DNA of 64,000 bases from the human T2T-CHM13v2.0 reference genome, Homo sapiens. Positions 14,301 to 27,552 of this stretch are shown one piece after another. Both the position numbers and the translations under genes were made by a program. Under the pieces are notes generated by a model. The model saw only the letters and a list, made by a program, of their open reading frames with translations. It did no database searches and had not been told where the DNA came from. The DNA is taken from assembly GCF_009914755.1 (NCBI RefSeq), contig NC_060926.1; one strand, 5' to 3'. Every line of letters begins with the position of its first letter. Position 1 is the first letter of the stretch.

Positions 14301-15084
14301 CGGGCCACACCTGTTACAGGGGCGCTGGCTGCTGAGACGCAGGCAGTGCTCGCCGGCGGCCCCTCCCAGGTGCTGGGTCTTTCTGGAAGGGAGCTGGGGT
14401 CTCTGGCGTGGGAGGGGGTGATGGGCAGGCCGGCCGTGCAACGAAGCGGGTGGCCAGGCCCCAACGCCGCAGCCCCCGCCCCGCCCGCCTGTTTTGCTCC
14501 CGGCTCCAGCATCCGCCCTCCCCCACCCCGGGAACCGGAGCAGCTGCCCGCGCCCGGCCGCCCTGCGCGCTCTCCCCTCGGGCCGAGGCGCTGCAGCCGC
14601 GCACCCTCCCAGGTGCGGCGTCAGCGTCCTCAGCCCCGCTCACCATCCCTCCCCTCCCCCGCCGTCTGGGCGCAGCCCCTCCCGCAGCCCCGCCGGTGGC
14701 TCCTCTCCAGGGAAGCGGAATAGCCGGGGAAGGGCGGGGGTATCCCGATCCCGCCGGCCGGGCGAGCCCTCCCGAGGGCGACCCCCGCCCGCCTAAGCCG
14801 AGGGTCCCGCTGCAGCCGAGATCGCGGCAAAGGGACCTTTTCCAGCGGCACCTGAAGGGCGGACACCCCTGAATTTCCCCCATTGTTCTCTGCGGAGATG
14901 GAGGAAGGTCTGGAAGTGAAGGGGCCTCGCAGTGCCTGCGCTTTGGGCGGCAACAAGGGCGCCGGGCCGGAGCTCCCCGCCCTGGGCGCAGTGGGTGCAG
15001 GTGCGGGCTGCGGGCGCGGGCTGCCGGGCGCAGGTGCGGGGCGAGGGGCGCGGGCGCGGGAGGCCGGGCGGGCGGCGGCCTTAC

Positions 15085-15210
15085 CTCTCCGGCGTCACTG
15101 GCGGCGGCCCCGCATGGGCACTGGCATGGGCGCGGGCTCTCGAGCCCGGAGCTGCTGCCGCTCGCCGGCTGCTCTGCGCTGTGACGGCGCCGCCGCGTGA
15201 CGGGCTGCGC
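15085..15210 (-). other. KIF1A: KIF1A exon 1 (non-coding 5' UTR); TSS approximate
   Basis: Minus strand reads ...CAGCAGCTCCGGGCTCGAGAGCCCGCGCCCATGCCAGTGCCCATGCGGGGCCGCCGCCAGTGACGCCGGAGAG|GTAAGG. This matches the KIF1A mRNA leader as I recall it and ends in a strong donor. Confidence 0.85.
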
Positions 15211-15370
15211 GCCCCCGGCCCGGACCGCCCCGCGCCCCTCCCGAGGCGCTGGTTGGCTGCGCGCGGCGTCCGAGCTCCAGTCGCCAGCTGGTTTGTCGCG
15301 CGGGGAGAGGGACGGGCGACGCGGCCGCCGCGGGGATGGGGCTGGGGACGGAGGGGGCCGGGGCCGGGCT

Positions 15371-15380
15371 GTGACGTCAC
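15371..15380. promoter_or_regulatory. Full palindromic CRE (GTGACGTCAC)
   Basis: Exact TGACGTCA at 15372-15379, about 170 bp upstream of KIF1A exon 1. Confidence 0.7.
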
Positions 15381-16644
15381 CGCTGACACCGCGGCGGGCC
15401 CCGCGGAGGGTGGGGGACCGACACCCGGCTCGGACGCAGCGTCCCCTCCCCCGGCGTGCCCCTGAGACCTCGCGGGGGAGGGACCCGGCGGCGCCCCGTC
15501 CCGAAGCCCCGCGTGCACCTGAACTTGCCCGCGGACCCCTCGCCGGGCCGTCCCCCACCCTGGCCCCTTTCGAGTGAAATCGTAAAACGTCCACCTGCCC
15601 CCGCTCTGAGCCAGCGACAGACGCATCGTGGGGGGCGGGCGGGGCTGGGGAGGGAGGGCTCCTTGCGCCAGGGATGCTGGCTCCGGGTGTAACAGGTGCG
15701 CGGTGAAATCGCATCTTGTGTCGGGGCCGGGGCGCCGGGGGAAGAGCAGCAGTGACCCAGGCCCTCCCCGCCGGATGATGCAACCCGCCCGCGGACCCGC
15801 CGCCTCGCCTCTACCGCGGCTCGTGGGGACCCCCCGCCCTCCTCTCGCCCCACCTCTCCAGGCCCCCATTGTCCTCACCCCAGCCTGTCCAGTTTAACTT
15901 CCTTGGACCCCCAAGTCACACGCCGCTCGGGGGCCACCCCGGCAAACCCCAGCCTGCGTCACCCGCCCCCAGCCGCCTTCCTAGTTCCAGGGGCTGACTG
16001 GTATCTCTGTGCGCGCCACCGTCCTCCCTCCACCGTCCCAGGGCTGGGCAACTTCGACAAAGCCTCTGGGCAGCTCGCCCATGGGAACCTCCCCGCACTG
16101 CGGTGCGGGGGTGCACGGATTTCGGGCCACCCTGAACCCCGGGGCTGGGTCCCCTCCAGCCCAGCCCCTGCCATCGAGCCCCTGCCATGGGCATCCTGGC
16201 GTCGCCTGGCTAAGCCTCCCTGGCGCCCAGCAGGGGCCTGCGCTGCCCTAGCGGCCTCGCCGTTAACCATTTCATCCACACTCCTGGGAGAGCCGGCTTC
16301 ACCTCAGTCCCGACAGCTGCGTGCGAGCGCCTTGCAGGTGGCTGGGGGAGATTCACATCCACTTCTGCAAGACACGGGCCCCCCACTCCCAGCCCCAGCC
16401 CCGCCGAAACCAGCTAGACAGCTCCTCCTCCTTCACTATTTCCTGGAACCGCCGGCATGAAAGAGAAATCAATTGTTCTTCCTAACCCTGGCAGAAACAA
16501 TAAAACCATCTGGGCTTCTGGGGCTGGGGTCTTTATCACCTCCGTTTTCCTCATGCTTTTTAATCTGGCAAGTTCTCTATTTCTCGAGGCAATAGACATT
16601 TTTCTAGGAATTAATCTATTTCACGTTAATATTTAAATGACTAG

Positions 16645-16998
<354 letters not shown>

Positions 16999-16999
16999 T

Positions 17000-18500
17000 A
17001 ATATTTTTAAATATTTTCAGAGCTCCAACTTTTAGTTCTGTTAAACGTCTTTCCCGTTATTTCATTTGCTTCTGTCTTTCTGTATTATTTCCTTCCTTTG
17101 TGGTTCTTTGGATTTGATCTGTTCCTCTGTCTTGAACCAAATGCTTAGCTCCTTTTTAAGCCTTCTGATTTTCCAATAGATCTACTGTATTAAAAGCTAC
17201 AAAATTCCTTCTACAGAACTGTCTTGGCTGAGTCTCACAAATTTGGACATAAAATGTTTTCATTATCATTCATATCTAATATTTTCTACTGTTCCTGATG
17301 ATCTCCTTTTAAACCCAGGGTTATTTAATAATGTTATTTACTTTTCAATAGTGTTTCTTTAATTATAACCTTTTGTTACCAGGTTCTAATTTAATTGCAT
17401 TGTTGTCAGAGAACAAGTCTGTATTCAGTCAAGATCCTGGCAGGAAGCAGATGGCACACTCAAATTGGGTAATTTGAGAAGGGTTTGATAAAGAGACTAT
17501 TGATAAAGGTGTGGGCAGGAGGTCGGAGAGCCCCAGGGGCTTGGTGGCACTGCAGCCTTACTGCCTGCAGGGAGCGGGGCGGGCAGAAGCAGAGGCTCAG
17601 GTGGAGGGGTGCAGCCAGCCAGAGTTTCCTAGGAAGGGAGCCAGGGCAGCAAACCCTGGACCTCACTCTCCCTCTTCCCCTGATCTGGTAGTGCTTTGGC
17701 TGAACCCAAGGGGAAGCTGGAGGTCAGGGGCACCCAAGGAGTATGGTGCATTTCGGGTGGTCTCCTGAAGAATGGGCAAAGGGAACTTAGAAGCACAAAC
17801 AGAAACTAGCTGCCCAGTCTGCATGGCCCTGTGCCTCTGGAATTCATTGAGGCTTCTTTAGGTCCTAACACATAGTCTATTTCATACATGTTCTACCTGT
17901 GTTCAAAATGGTTGTACTCTCTGCTTGATGGGCAGAGAGTTCTCTATATTATGTATTAGTTCAAAATTATTAATTCTTGACTCAGTAAGGTAAGATCCCA
18001 GATAGAAAAGCTTTTTAAGGTTATTAATCATTTTGATCAGGATTTGGAGATTTCTGCTAATTTTTGTCAATGTGAACTATGCTTATTATTTTTTAAAATT
18101 TCCAGTTAGAATTGTTAAAATATCTGCTTCTCCCAGCAGTTCCGGCACATGTTGCTTGCTGTGTATTGTGGCCATATTTTTAGATATTAGAATGATTGTG
18201 ATAGACATGCATTATCATTCTGTGGCTCCTTGCGCCCATATGTATGTGTGCCCTTCTTTGTCTGGCGTTTGGAGTTTTTAAATTTTTTGCCTTAAATTTG
18301 AATGTCATACATTACATGTCAATCCAGTTTTCTTTGGTTCATATTTGCTTGCTATGTCTTTTGCCAACTTTCTTATTTTAAGCTTTTTGTATCTTTTTAA
18401 AGCGTATCTCTTTTAGGCAACCCATTGTGTAAATTTTTAAATGTAATCTGTCTCTGCCTTTTAATTGGAATTTAACCCACTTACATTTACAGCAATTACT
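17000..18500 (-). mobile_element. Old L1 fragments (minus strand) with an interposed LTR-like piece at ~17420-17800
   Basis: T-rich L1 antisense motifs such as ttctaatttaattgcattgttgtcagagaac and tttaacccacttacattta. Confidence 0.55.
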
Positions 18501-19339
18501 GTTATATCAAGACTAAGCTTTGCTGCCTGTTCCCTGACTGCTCCTCATCAAAGACAGAGTCTGAGATACCAGTGCTGGCCCCTCCGTCCCACTCAAGACC
18601 CCTCCGACGGGCAGCTTTATCAGGGACACCCATCAGCTTGGCCGAAAGCTTCTGGGAGGGGGACTGCAGTCTGAGACTCTTCCTACCCAAGCCCCTTCCT
18701 TCCCTGTCTCTTTTGCAGGCCTCAGACCTGCCTCAGGATCTGAAGCTCTTCTGCCTGCACCTGCTCCCTCCCCTCTATCCTGCATGGGCTTACTCCCAAT
18801 CACCACTCGCCCCTCCTCTAATGCCACAGAGACATGGACTGACATGGATCCCCGGGGAGCATGTTTTTCTCTCCAGCTGGCCATATTCCTTGGGCGTCGA
18901 GTGACTCTGGCCTGTGAGCGCCCAGTGGTGTCGGGACAGCAGCTGCTCTACTGGCAGCCTGCAGTGGGGAGGCACAGAAGCCAGGCCCATACAGGGAAGG
19001 CCTGGAGTGCAGGCTCCTTCCTGAAACTGATCACCACTCCTTGCTGCCTCCCTCCCCAGAGCCCACAGAGGAGCCACTTCCCTACCTTGTGCTGCATCAT
19101 GCTGTAGCATCTGAGAGGAGGCTCTCTGGACAGCTCTCTGTTGTCTCCAGGGCCGTCCCACCCAGGAGGACCTCGCAGCTCCCTAACAGTCCCCGTGATG
19201 GCTTCCTGTGGTCCAGGCCATCCCAAGACGGGCAGGAGAGCAGGACTAAACTGTGTCTCTCCTGCCCGTCCCCCTTGCCCTGGCTGCAGCCTCCACCCAC
19301 TTCACAGACCTCATCTATTTTTCCAGTGGGAAAAGGCCC

Positions 19340-20250
19340 AGTAACAGAACATGCGGGGCCCAGTGCAAAATGAAATAAAGCCGCCTTGTTCAAAAGCCTG
19401 GCAAAGTGCAGTTAAAGGTGCTAAATATACAAACCTCTTCCTCCATTCCCCAGGCTCTCTTGATTAGCCATGGTGTTTTCTTGCTATTTAATGCCATTCT
19501 AAGTAAAGAAAATTAAAATTTTAAATTGCTAGCATGAATTTTACTCTTCAGCTTTCTATCGTAGAATGCCAGTTTTAAATGCAGATAGAAGAGCTTTCAA
19601 CTCATACACCGAATCACTGAAATTACACAGCTCATATTTCCTAGTTCATCTGTGTGTGTTTTCTGTTCTTACCAGAACAATGAAAACCATGCACACTACT
19701 CACTTGCCTGCTTCTATTTCACTTCTTGATGCTGGCACCAACATTCTCTGCCTCCCGCTTACTGATGAGGAAGGAGGGATAAAAGGAGAACTCTGGGTCT
19801 TCCTGTCTTTCCCTTTCCTTCCATGCCACCATTTCAGTGAAAGTGCTCGGCTAATACAGGGAAGTAAAATGAGTAAGAAAAGATACAACAGGGGTCCCAT
19901 GTCCTTTGTGTTCCTTAGAACACCATTGCCCCCTTTCTGTATTTGGAACAAGTTCTGGTTGAAATGGAAAACGTGGCCTTTCTGGGCTGTCTCATGCCAC
20001 GCCCACTGGGCTGCAGGCATGACCTGCTCTACCTGGCACTGGAGTGAGTCTTGCTGAACTCCATACCATGGCACTGTGAACACTAGATCAGGATGGGGCT
20101 GCAGGAGCAGGCAGAGATTTGTGCGTCTCCTCTGCACCTGCCTCAATATGCCATCGGCAACACAAAACACAAAAGATGAAATTATTAAGGATCTTGGGCC
20201 AGCGACAGCAGAGCATCAAGCCAAGAGTGCGGGGCCACCTGCTCTGATGC
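19340..20250 (+). mobile_element. MER45-family (hAT-Tip100) DNA transposon
   Basis: ggggcccagtgcaaaatgaaa...cttgttcaaaa at the start and gaaattattaagga...gcgacagcagagcatcaagccaagagtgcggggcc at the end resemble MER45B. Confidence 0.6.
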
Positions 20251-21624
20251 AGCTCACAGACCCAGTGGTGGAGGCTGTCGATTTCATCCCTTTCTTTTCC
20301 CCTCCTCTCTCTCTCTCCCCCCACTTCATCTTCCCTCCTCCTCTTCCTCCTTTCCCTTCTGTCAATCTCATTGTTTTTCTTTGAACACTCGATCATTTCT
20401 CCACTTCTAAACAGAAAAATTAAACGCAGATCAGCATGTGACAAGCTGTGGGGCTTGCCTCTGCTATCCCTGCTCAGTTCCCACTTCCTGAGGTCAGAGT
20501 TCAGGGATGCAGGACAGGACCAACACTCTGAACCCCACCCTCCAACAGACTAGATCAAGACTTTCTCACATTAGTGCCCCCACAACTGCACTGAGGACCC
20601 ACCCGCCACTGCCCTCTCTGCACACACCCAGAGGCTGCAAGCTGTCCAAGTGGCCAAGGGTAGGAGTGGCATAGTCCAGGAATGCTGGTCGCCCCGGGGC
20701 CCTGCCTGCTGACCTCTTGTTGAGAAGCAGGCTTTGCCCACCCCCAAATAAATCACTAACATGGAAGAAGTTTTCAAAAAGCAGCCACCTTGCGGGCCTG
20801 GGCCCAGGTAATTTCAGACTTTTAAGCTTAAAAAATCTAGACTGCTCTCCTATTACTTAAAGTGACCCATAGCTATGAAAAGGAGGAGACTGATGAAATT
20901 CTTGTTGTGAAGCCAGCATAACACTGATGCCAAAACCTGGTGGAGAGATCCCAAAATGGAAGACCACAAACCAATTTTGCAGCAATATGAATACAAAAGT
21001 TACATAACACAGCCAGATAGAATTCAGTAGTACATTAGAATGATCCTGTAACATGGCTAAATTCTTCTCGAAAATACAAGTGTGGTACAGTATTAGAGAT
21101 GGCATGAATATAATCATTCATTTTAGGAAGTTATAGGATTAAAAAAATGGGGTGATTTTAATCAATGTTGAAAAGGCATTTGACCAAGAAGCCATCTATT
21201 TCTAGTTAAAAAGAAAACAACCACACCCTTTAGGGAAACGTGGCTTCTTCCTTCACCTGAGGAGGGAGCAGCCCTGCAGGGTCTTGGTGGATGAGTCCAG
21301 CCAAGGGGCAGCCCAGGGCAGCCCAGGGCAGCTTCACGCCTATCAGTTGCATGACTCTGGGCAAGTTCATTAGCCCTCTGTGCCCATGACCTCTTCTGCA
21401 GCTGGAATAAAAGCTGTGCCAACCTCATACAGCAGTGGTAAGGATTCGATGAATTAATGTGTAAAATGCTGAGACGAGGGCTGGACACACCATAAGCCCT
21501 ATATAAACGATAGCTGACCTGGTGAAACAACAGAGAAAGCCTCATTACAATGAAGGATGTGCATTCTCACCTCCGTTGCATTTAGAAGTATCCGCCTATG
21601 CAATTAAAAAAGAGAAGAAAATAC

Positions 21625-22830
21625 GTGACATAAATACATATTTGGTCTTTGCCCTCAGTTTCTGACACTGCATTCCTAAAATGCTTGTAATTTCCTAAGT
21701 GATGGGGTGCTAGGACCATCCTTTGTTTTGATATTTGCGTCCCAGACCAAATATTTGATTCCAGGACCTCAGGTCATGACAGAGAGCTCCTAAATCCTTC
21801 GGGCTTTCCCGGGGGATAGGAACGTCTTTTGTTCTAATTAAGTGACTCTTGGTGGGTTCTTGGATAGCTTCAGGATGGAGGCTGGTCACCAGAAAGATTA
21901 AGCCATAATTAAAATCTTGGAACTTTCAGCCCCACCCCCTCAGCCTCTGGGGAGAGGAGAGAGGCTGGCAACTGAGCAGCAGGTCAGGCTGTGTGATGAA
22001 GTGCCATGGTCCGAATGCTGGTGTCCTCCCTCAATTCATGTGTTGGAGCTTAATCCCCAATGTGATTGTATTAAGAGGTGGGACCCTTAGGAGGTGACTG
22101 AGTAATGAGGTTGGAGCTGTCACACACAGAATTAGTGCCCTTGTTAAAGAGTTTGAGGAGCCCCTTCTCCCCTCCACCAGGGGAGGACCCATAGAAGGCA
22201 CCACCCACGAGGAACAGGCCCTCATCAGACGCCATATCTGCTGGTGCCTTGATCTTGGATTTCCCAGCCTCCAGAATGATACGCAATACATTTCTGTTGT
22301 TTATCAATTATCCAGTCTGAGGTGTTCTGTTTTAGCAGCCGAACAGACCAGCACAGGAAGTCTTCATAAAAATCCCTAAAGGACAGGGTTTGCAGAGCTT
22401 CTGGGCCGGTGAACACACCCACGTGTCAGGAAGGTGGTGCCCTCCACTCCATAGGAACAGAGGCTCCTGCACTCGGAGCCCTTCTAGACCCTCCATACTA
22501 ATCCAGTACATGCAAATGTTTCTCTGAATTCTGTGAGCTGTCAGCAAATTATTGAGCCTGAGGAGAGGGTCCTGGAAGCTTCTGATTTGTAGCCAAGTTG
22601 AACGTATGTGTGGGTAACCTAGGGCTCACCACTTTCCACTGGCATCTGAAGTGGGGGTGGTCTTCAGAGGCCAAGTCCTTAACCGGCGGGGTCTGCGCTA
22701 ATTCCAGCTAATTGGTGTCATCACTAAATTGTAGAACACCCAGCTGGCGTCAGAAGAGTTGGATAATTGGATGGTGTGGAGAAAATAACCCTCACATTTG
22801 GTATCAAGTGTTCAGTACAGGGAATAAACA
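21625..22830 (+). mobile_element. MER21-type LTR with a nested MaLR (MST-type) LTR at ~22002-22352
   Basis: gtgacataaatacatatttggtctttg...agagctcctaaatcc; the nested piece has cttaatccccaatgtg...gtattaagaggtggg...ccttgatcttggatttcccagcctccagaa. Confidence 0.65.
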
Positions 22831-22969
22831 GCTGTTTTTTCCTATTTAAATAGCAGGTTAAAATATTAGAATGGAAGAAACAAAGTTATTATTTGTAGAT
22901 GATATAATCATCTATCTAGAAAACTTAAGGGATGAGTGACAAGCTATAGGGAACAATAAGTTAGGAGCT

Positions 22970-23616
22970 GGCATTATTAAAAAGTAAAAAAAAAAAAATA
23001 GATGTTGGCACGGATGTGGTGAGAAGGGACTGCTTTACCCACGGCTGATGGGAATGTAAATTAGTACAACCGCTGTGGAAAACAGTACGGCGATTTCTCA
23101 AAGAACGAAAAGTAGAACCACCATTCAGTCCAGCAATCCCAGCATGGGGTATCTACTCAAAAGAAAATCATTATATAAATTCTTTAAAAACTATCAATAT
23201 ACATGTTTATTGCAGCACAAATCACAATTCCAAAGATAAGGACTCAACCTAAGTGCCCATCAACCGATGAGTGGATAAAGAAAGTATGGTATATATACAC
23301 CATGGAATAGTACTAAACCATAACATGAACGAAATAATGCCTTTTGCAGAAGTTTGGATGGAACTAGAGGCCATTATGGTACCGGAAGTAACTCAGGAAT
23401 GGAAAACCAAATACTGTATGTCTCACTCATAAGTGGAAGCTAAGCTATAGGTACACAAAAGCATATCGAGTGGTACGGTGGGCACTAGAGACTCCGAAGC
23501 GAGAAGGATGAGAGTGGGGAACAGGATGAAAAACTACATATTGGATACAATGTACACTTTTCAGGTGAAGAGTTAATTAAAAGCCCAGACTTCACCACTG
23601 TACAAAACCACCTGTA
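22970..23616 (+). mobile_element. L1PB/L1MA 3' end
   Basis: gggaatgtaaattagtacaacc..., cccatcaaccgatgagtggataaag..., aaaagcccagacttcaccact. Confidence 0.8.
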
Positions 23617-23968
<352 letters not shown>

Positions 23969-25033
23969 TTAAGTTAGGAGCTGATAAGAAAAATTGTCAC
24001 CAAGAAGGCAACACTTTCCACAAAACAGTGACCAGTTAGAACCTGTAATGGAGGAGTCCAATCATAATAGCAATCAAAAATTGCTAGAATGCATACGTAA
24101 ATAAAGAATACATAAAATAAAAATAAGAATAAATACAATGGCAGGAAATAACAAGAAATATACAGTTTTCTCATTCATAAGGAAATTATATAGAAAACTT
24201 TGAAAATCCACTGAGAAGAGATAAATTAGTGGAAAAGCATAGTGTATTTTTGGAAGAGGCAATATTGTAAAAGAGCTAGTTTTCTCTAAATTACAACTAC
24301 ACATTCCATGCAATTAAAATAGCAACAGAAGTTCACATGGAAACACGAACATGCAAGACTAACCAGGAAATGTGTTAAAAAGAAGAATGAGGAGAATCCG
24401 CCCTATAAGACACTAAAACATAATATGAAATTCTCACAATTAAAAAGATGCCAGTGTTGAAGAAGAAACAGATCAAAATTTTATGATAAAAGGTGTCCTT
24501 TCAAATAATTTTGGGGAAATAGATCATTTAATAACTATGTTATTTCCCACAGTGTCAGATACTGTGGGAAAATATAGAGCTGGATCCCCACCTGACATGT
24601 GAGTGACATCAAGACAAATTCCCAAGGGAATCGATATTAATTTGTGAAAACAAAACCTTAGGGGGCTGGGATGAAACGTGGTGGCCGTATGCAGTATCTT
24701 GGAGTGGAGAAAGCGTGACACATCACCTGAGCCCTCTGAAAAGATGAGGACTCCACAAAAACCCCAGCATCTCTATGGCCCAACACCATAAGCCAAATGG
24801 AAATCCCAGCCCCACACTGGGAAAATTATTTCCACAATTATGAAGATGCAGGGATTTCCGACAGTGTAAGGAGCTCTGCAAACCCACAGCAAACAATCTG
24901 AGTGATGACCCCAGAGATGGGCAGAGACTACAAAGGGACAGTTTGCAGAAGGAAAAACAGGGAGAGAATGGGCCAATAGCAGGGAAAAATATGGACACAG
25001 TTAAAGAACTGCACATCAAAGTGTAGGGTTGTT

Positions 25034-25338
25034 GGCTGGGCGCGGTGGCTCGTGCCTGTAATGCCAACACTTTGGGAGGCCGAGGCAGGCAGATCATCTG
25101 ATGTCGGGAGTTTGAGACCAGCCTAACCAACATGGAGAAACCCCGTCTCTACTAAAAATACAAAATTAGCCAGGCGTGGTGGCGCATGCCTGTAATCCCA
25201 GCTACGCAGGAGGCTGAGACAATAGAATCGCTTGAACCCGGCAGGCGGAGTTCTGGTGAGCCAAGATCACGCCATTGCACTCCAGCCTGGGCAACAAGAG
25301 AGAAACTCTGTCTCAAAAAAAAAAACAAAAACAAAAAA
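25034..25338 (+). mobile_element. Alu (Sp/Sq-like)
   Basis: ggctgggcgcggtggctc...accaacatggagaaaccccg; poly-A tail. Confidence 0.92.
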
Positions 25339-25622
25339 CAGTGGGGTTGTTTTTTGACCTATCAAATTTCATACAATTAAAATGTCTAGTAATGTCCAGT
25401 GTGGCCAGCCCATGGGAAAATGTGCCATGGTAGTGTCCAGGGCAAGGACTGCAATGTTTCTGGACAGCAGTTTGTCAAAATGCACCTGCGTTAGCCTGCT
25501 CCTACCCTCAATTCAGTAATTCCATGGCTAGCAATTTGCCTGTTATATACACACACAAAAATTTGCCAACATAAATAGGCAAGAATATTGATCACAATAT
25601 GGATTTAAAAACGACATAATCA

Positions 25623-25931
<309 letters not shown>

Positions 25932-26679
25932 TCAAGGTGTTCACCCGTGGGCACGGGCTAAATGGACTGGGGCATACACAGGAGTGATTTCTCCAAAGCG
26001 TCTAAAATGAAGGAGTCTCAAAAGTATGTGCTGATGGGGGAAGATGACTGGGATTTGTTGTTAAATTGTTTAGAAGGGACACAGAAGAGTGTGCACAATG
26101 TAACCCCCTCATCCCGTTTTTTTCACTGAAAAGAATCACGAGAAACTGTTGGCAGCCTTTGTCATGGCTGGGGTGACTCTTGGTGGGGGTTGTTGAGAAG
26201 GCACGCACTTCTTTCTTTTTAAATATATCCACTTTCTGTGTATATGATTTGAATTTTTTTAATCTTAGGTGTAACTCTTTACGCTATTGGAGTTAGAGAG
26301 TAAGATGCCTTCATATTTTACTTTCTTTTGTATCATTCTGAATCTACACTACTAATAAATACTACATTAGGGAAAACGTTTTTAAAATCCTATCAGAGCG
26401 TAGACTTCTAGATAAACCAATGTGGAAAGAATATTAGGTTAAATCATATCAAATTACTGATGTCTACTTTTGACCTACAAAAGTGGTAATTTTAAATGGT
26501 TCCATCTAATAAAAATAAATTGTAGAAAAATATATCACAAAATTTAAAATACAGAAACCAGCTTTTTACACAGAAAATTACAACCCGCAAGTGCCACACC
26601 GAGAGGCGGCTGCAGCCAGTCTGAGCCCTGGGGACGCATGTGCTGTGACGTCCAGGCAGCAACCGGGCCGGGATGCGCG

Positions 26680-26875
26680 GATGGCGGGGGTGCCGAGGTG
26701 GGCAAAGGGATCACCTGGGGTCAGTGCGGGGAGCTCTGTGGACACCAGGATGGCAAGTCAGGAAGACGCTGCCCGCCACGGTCCCCCTCGGGCCTGGGAA
26801 GCCTGGAAGGTCAGGGCCTGGAGGGGAGCTGGGTCCAGGCAGGGAACTCACAGCAGAGACGCCCCGAGGGTGGGG
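26680..26875 (+). repeat. Copy 1 of a ~190-bp direct duplication (copy 2 at ~28218-28407)
   Basis: Shared collinear blocks aggtgggcaaaggg, ctctgtggacaccaggatgg, tcaggaagacgctgccc, cctcgggcctgggaagcctggaagg, agctgggtccaggcag. Confidence 0.92.
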
Positions 26876-26919
26876 TCGGGCCAAGAGCCGCAGCCAGGGG
26901 ATGCCCTGACCTGCGCTGG

Positions 26920-27120
26920 AGAACGATTCGCGGAGTTCCAGAAGGGACAGAAAGGCACAGAAACAATATTCGAAGAAATATTGGCTCAGAATTTTCCAGA
27001 ATTGCCTACAGACAGAAACGCTCAGATTAGGAATCAATAAGGACCCCAATAGCAAATAAAAGCAAGTCTGCAGAACACCAGAGACAAAACAGTGAAAAGA
27101 CAGGTCATCTTAAAAGAGGT
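26920..27120 (+). mobile_element. L1 ORF1 remnant
   Basis: Translation ...ETIFEEILAQNFPEL... resembles L1 ORF1p '...IFEEIIXENFPNL'. Confidence 0.7.
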
Positions 27121-27243
27121 GAATTATGAAGTCCCAGGCCAAGGCGTTGGGTGGAACCCCAGGGTGTGGAACTGCAACAGCCCCGCAGTCTGGAAAGAAG
27201 CCGCCAGCAGCCCGCGCGGCCCCGCGGTTCCACGGGGCCTCGT

Positions 27244-27436
27244 CCCCGCCCCTGCCCCGCTGTAGGCCCCGCCTGCTATAGGCCCCGCCCCGCTGTAGGC
27301 CCCGCCTGCTATAGGCCCCGCTCCGCTGTAGGCCCCGCCTGCTATAGGCCCCGCCCCGCTGTAGGCCCCGCCTGCTATAGGCCCCGCCTGCTGTAGGCCC
27401 CGCCTGCTATAGGCCCCGCTCCGCTGTAGGCCCCAC
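27244..27436. repeat. 33-bp GC-rich minisatellite (GGCCCCGCCCCGCTGTAGGCCCCGCCTGCTATA), about 5.5 copies
   Basis: Directly visible; each unit consists of two 16-17-bp halves with CCCCGCC cores. Confidence 0.93.
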
Positions 27437-27473
27437 CCCGCAGGAAACCTCGCCCCGCTGGTGGCGCGCCCTG

Positions 27474-27487
27474 GTTGCCGTGGCAAC
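27474..27487. promoter_or_regulatory. RFX X-box 1 (GTTGCCGTGGCAAC)
   Basis: 13/14 match to the palindromic X-box GTTGCCATGGCAAC. Confidence 0.75.
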
Positions 27488-27538
27488 CTCCTCCCTCCGC
27501 CGCCGGGTTGCCGGCTTCGCTAGCCTCTCAGCAGCGCC

Positions 27539-27552
27539 GTTGCCATAGCAAC
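27539..27552. promoter_or_regulatory. RFX X-box 2 (GTTGCCATAGCAAC)
   Basis: 13/14 match to the X-box; lies within the longer inverted repeat CGCCGTTGC-CATA-GCAACGGCG (27535-27556). Confidence 0.78.

Larger units (their letters stand above)
13690..16330. promoter_or_regulatory. KIF1A: CpG island / KIF1A promoter
   Basis: Very high GC and CpG density, multiple GGGGCGGG boxes, surrounds exon 1. Confidence 0.9.

Noticed and set aside
13847-16460. Long ORFs (up to 489 aa) across the KIF1A CpG island
   Set aside because: GC-rich stop depletion; Pro/Arg/Gly/Ala low complexity with no kinesin or other domain.
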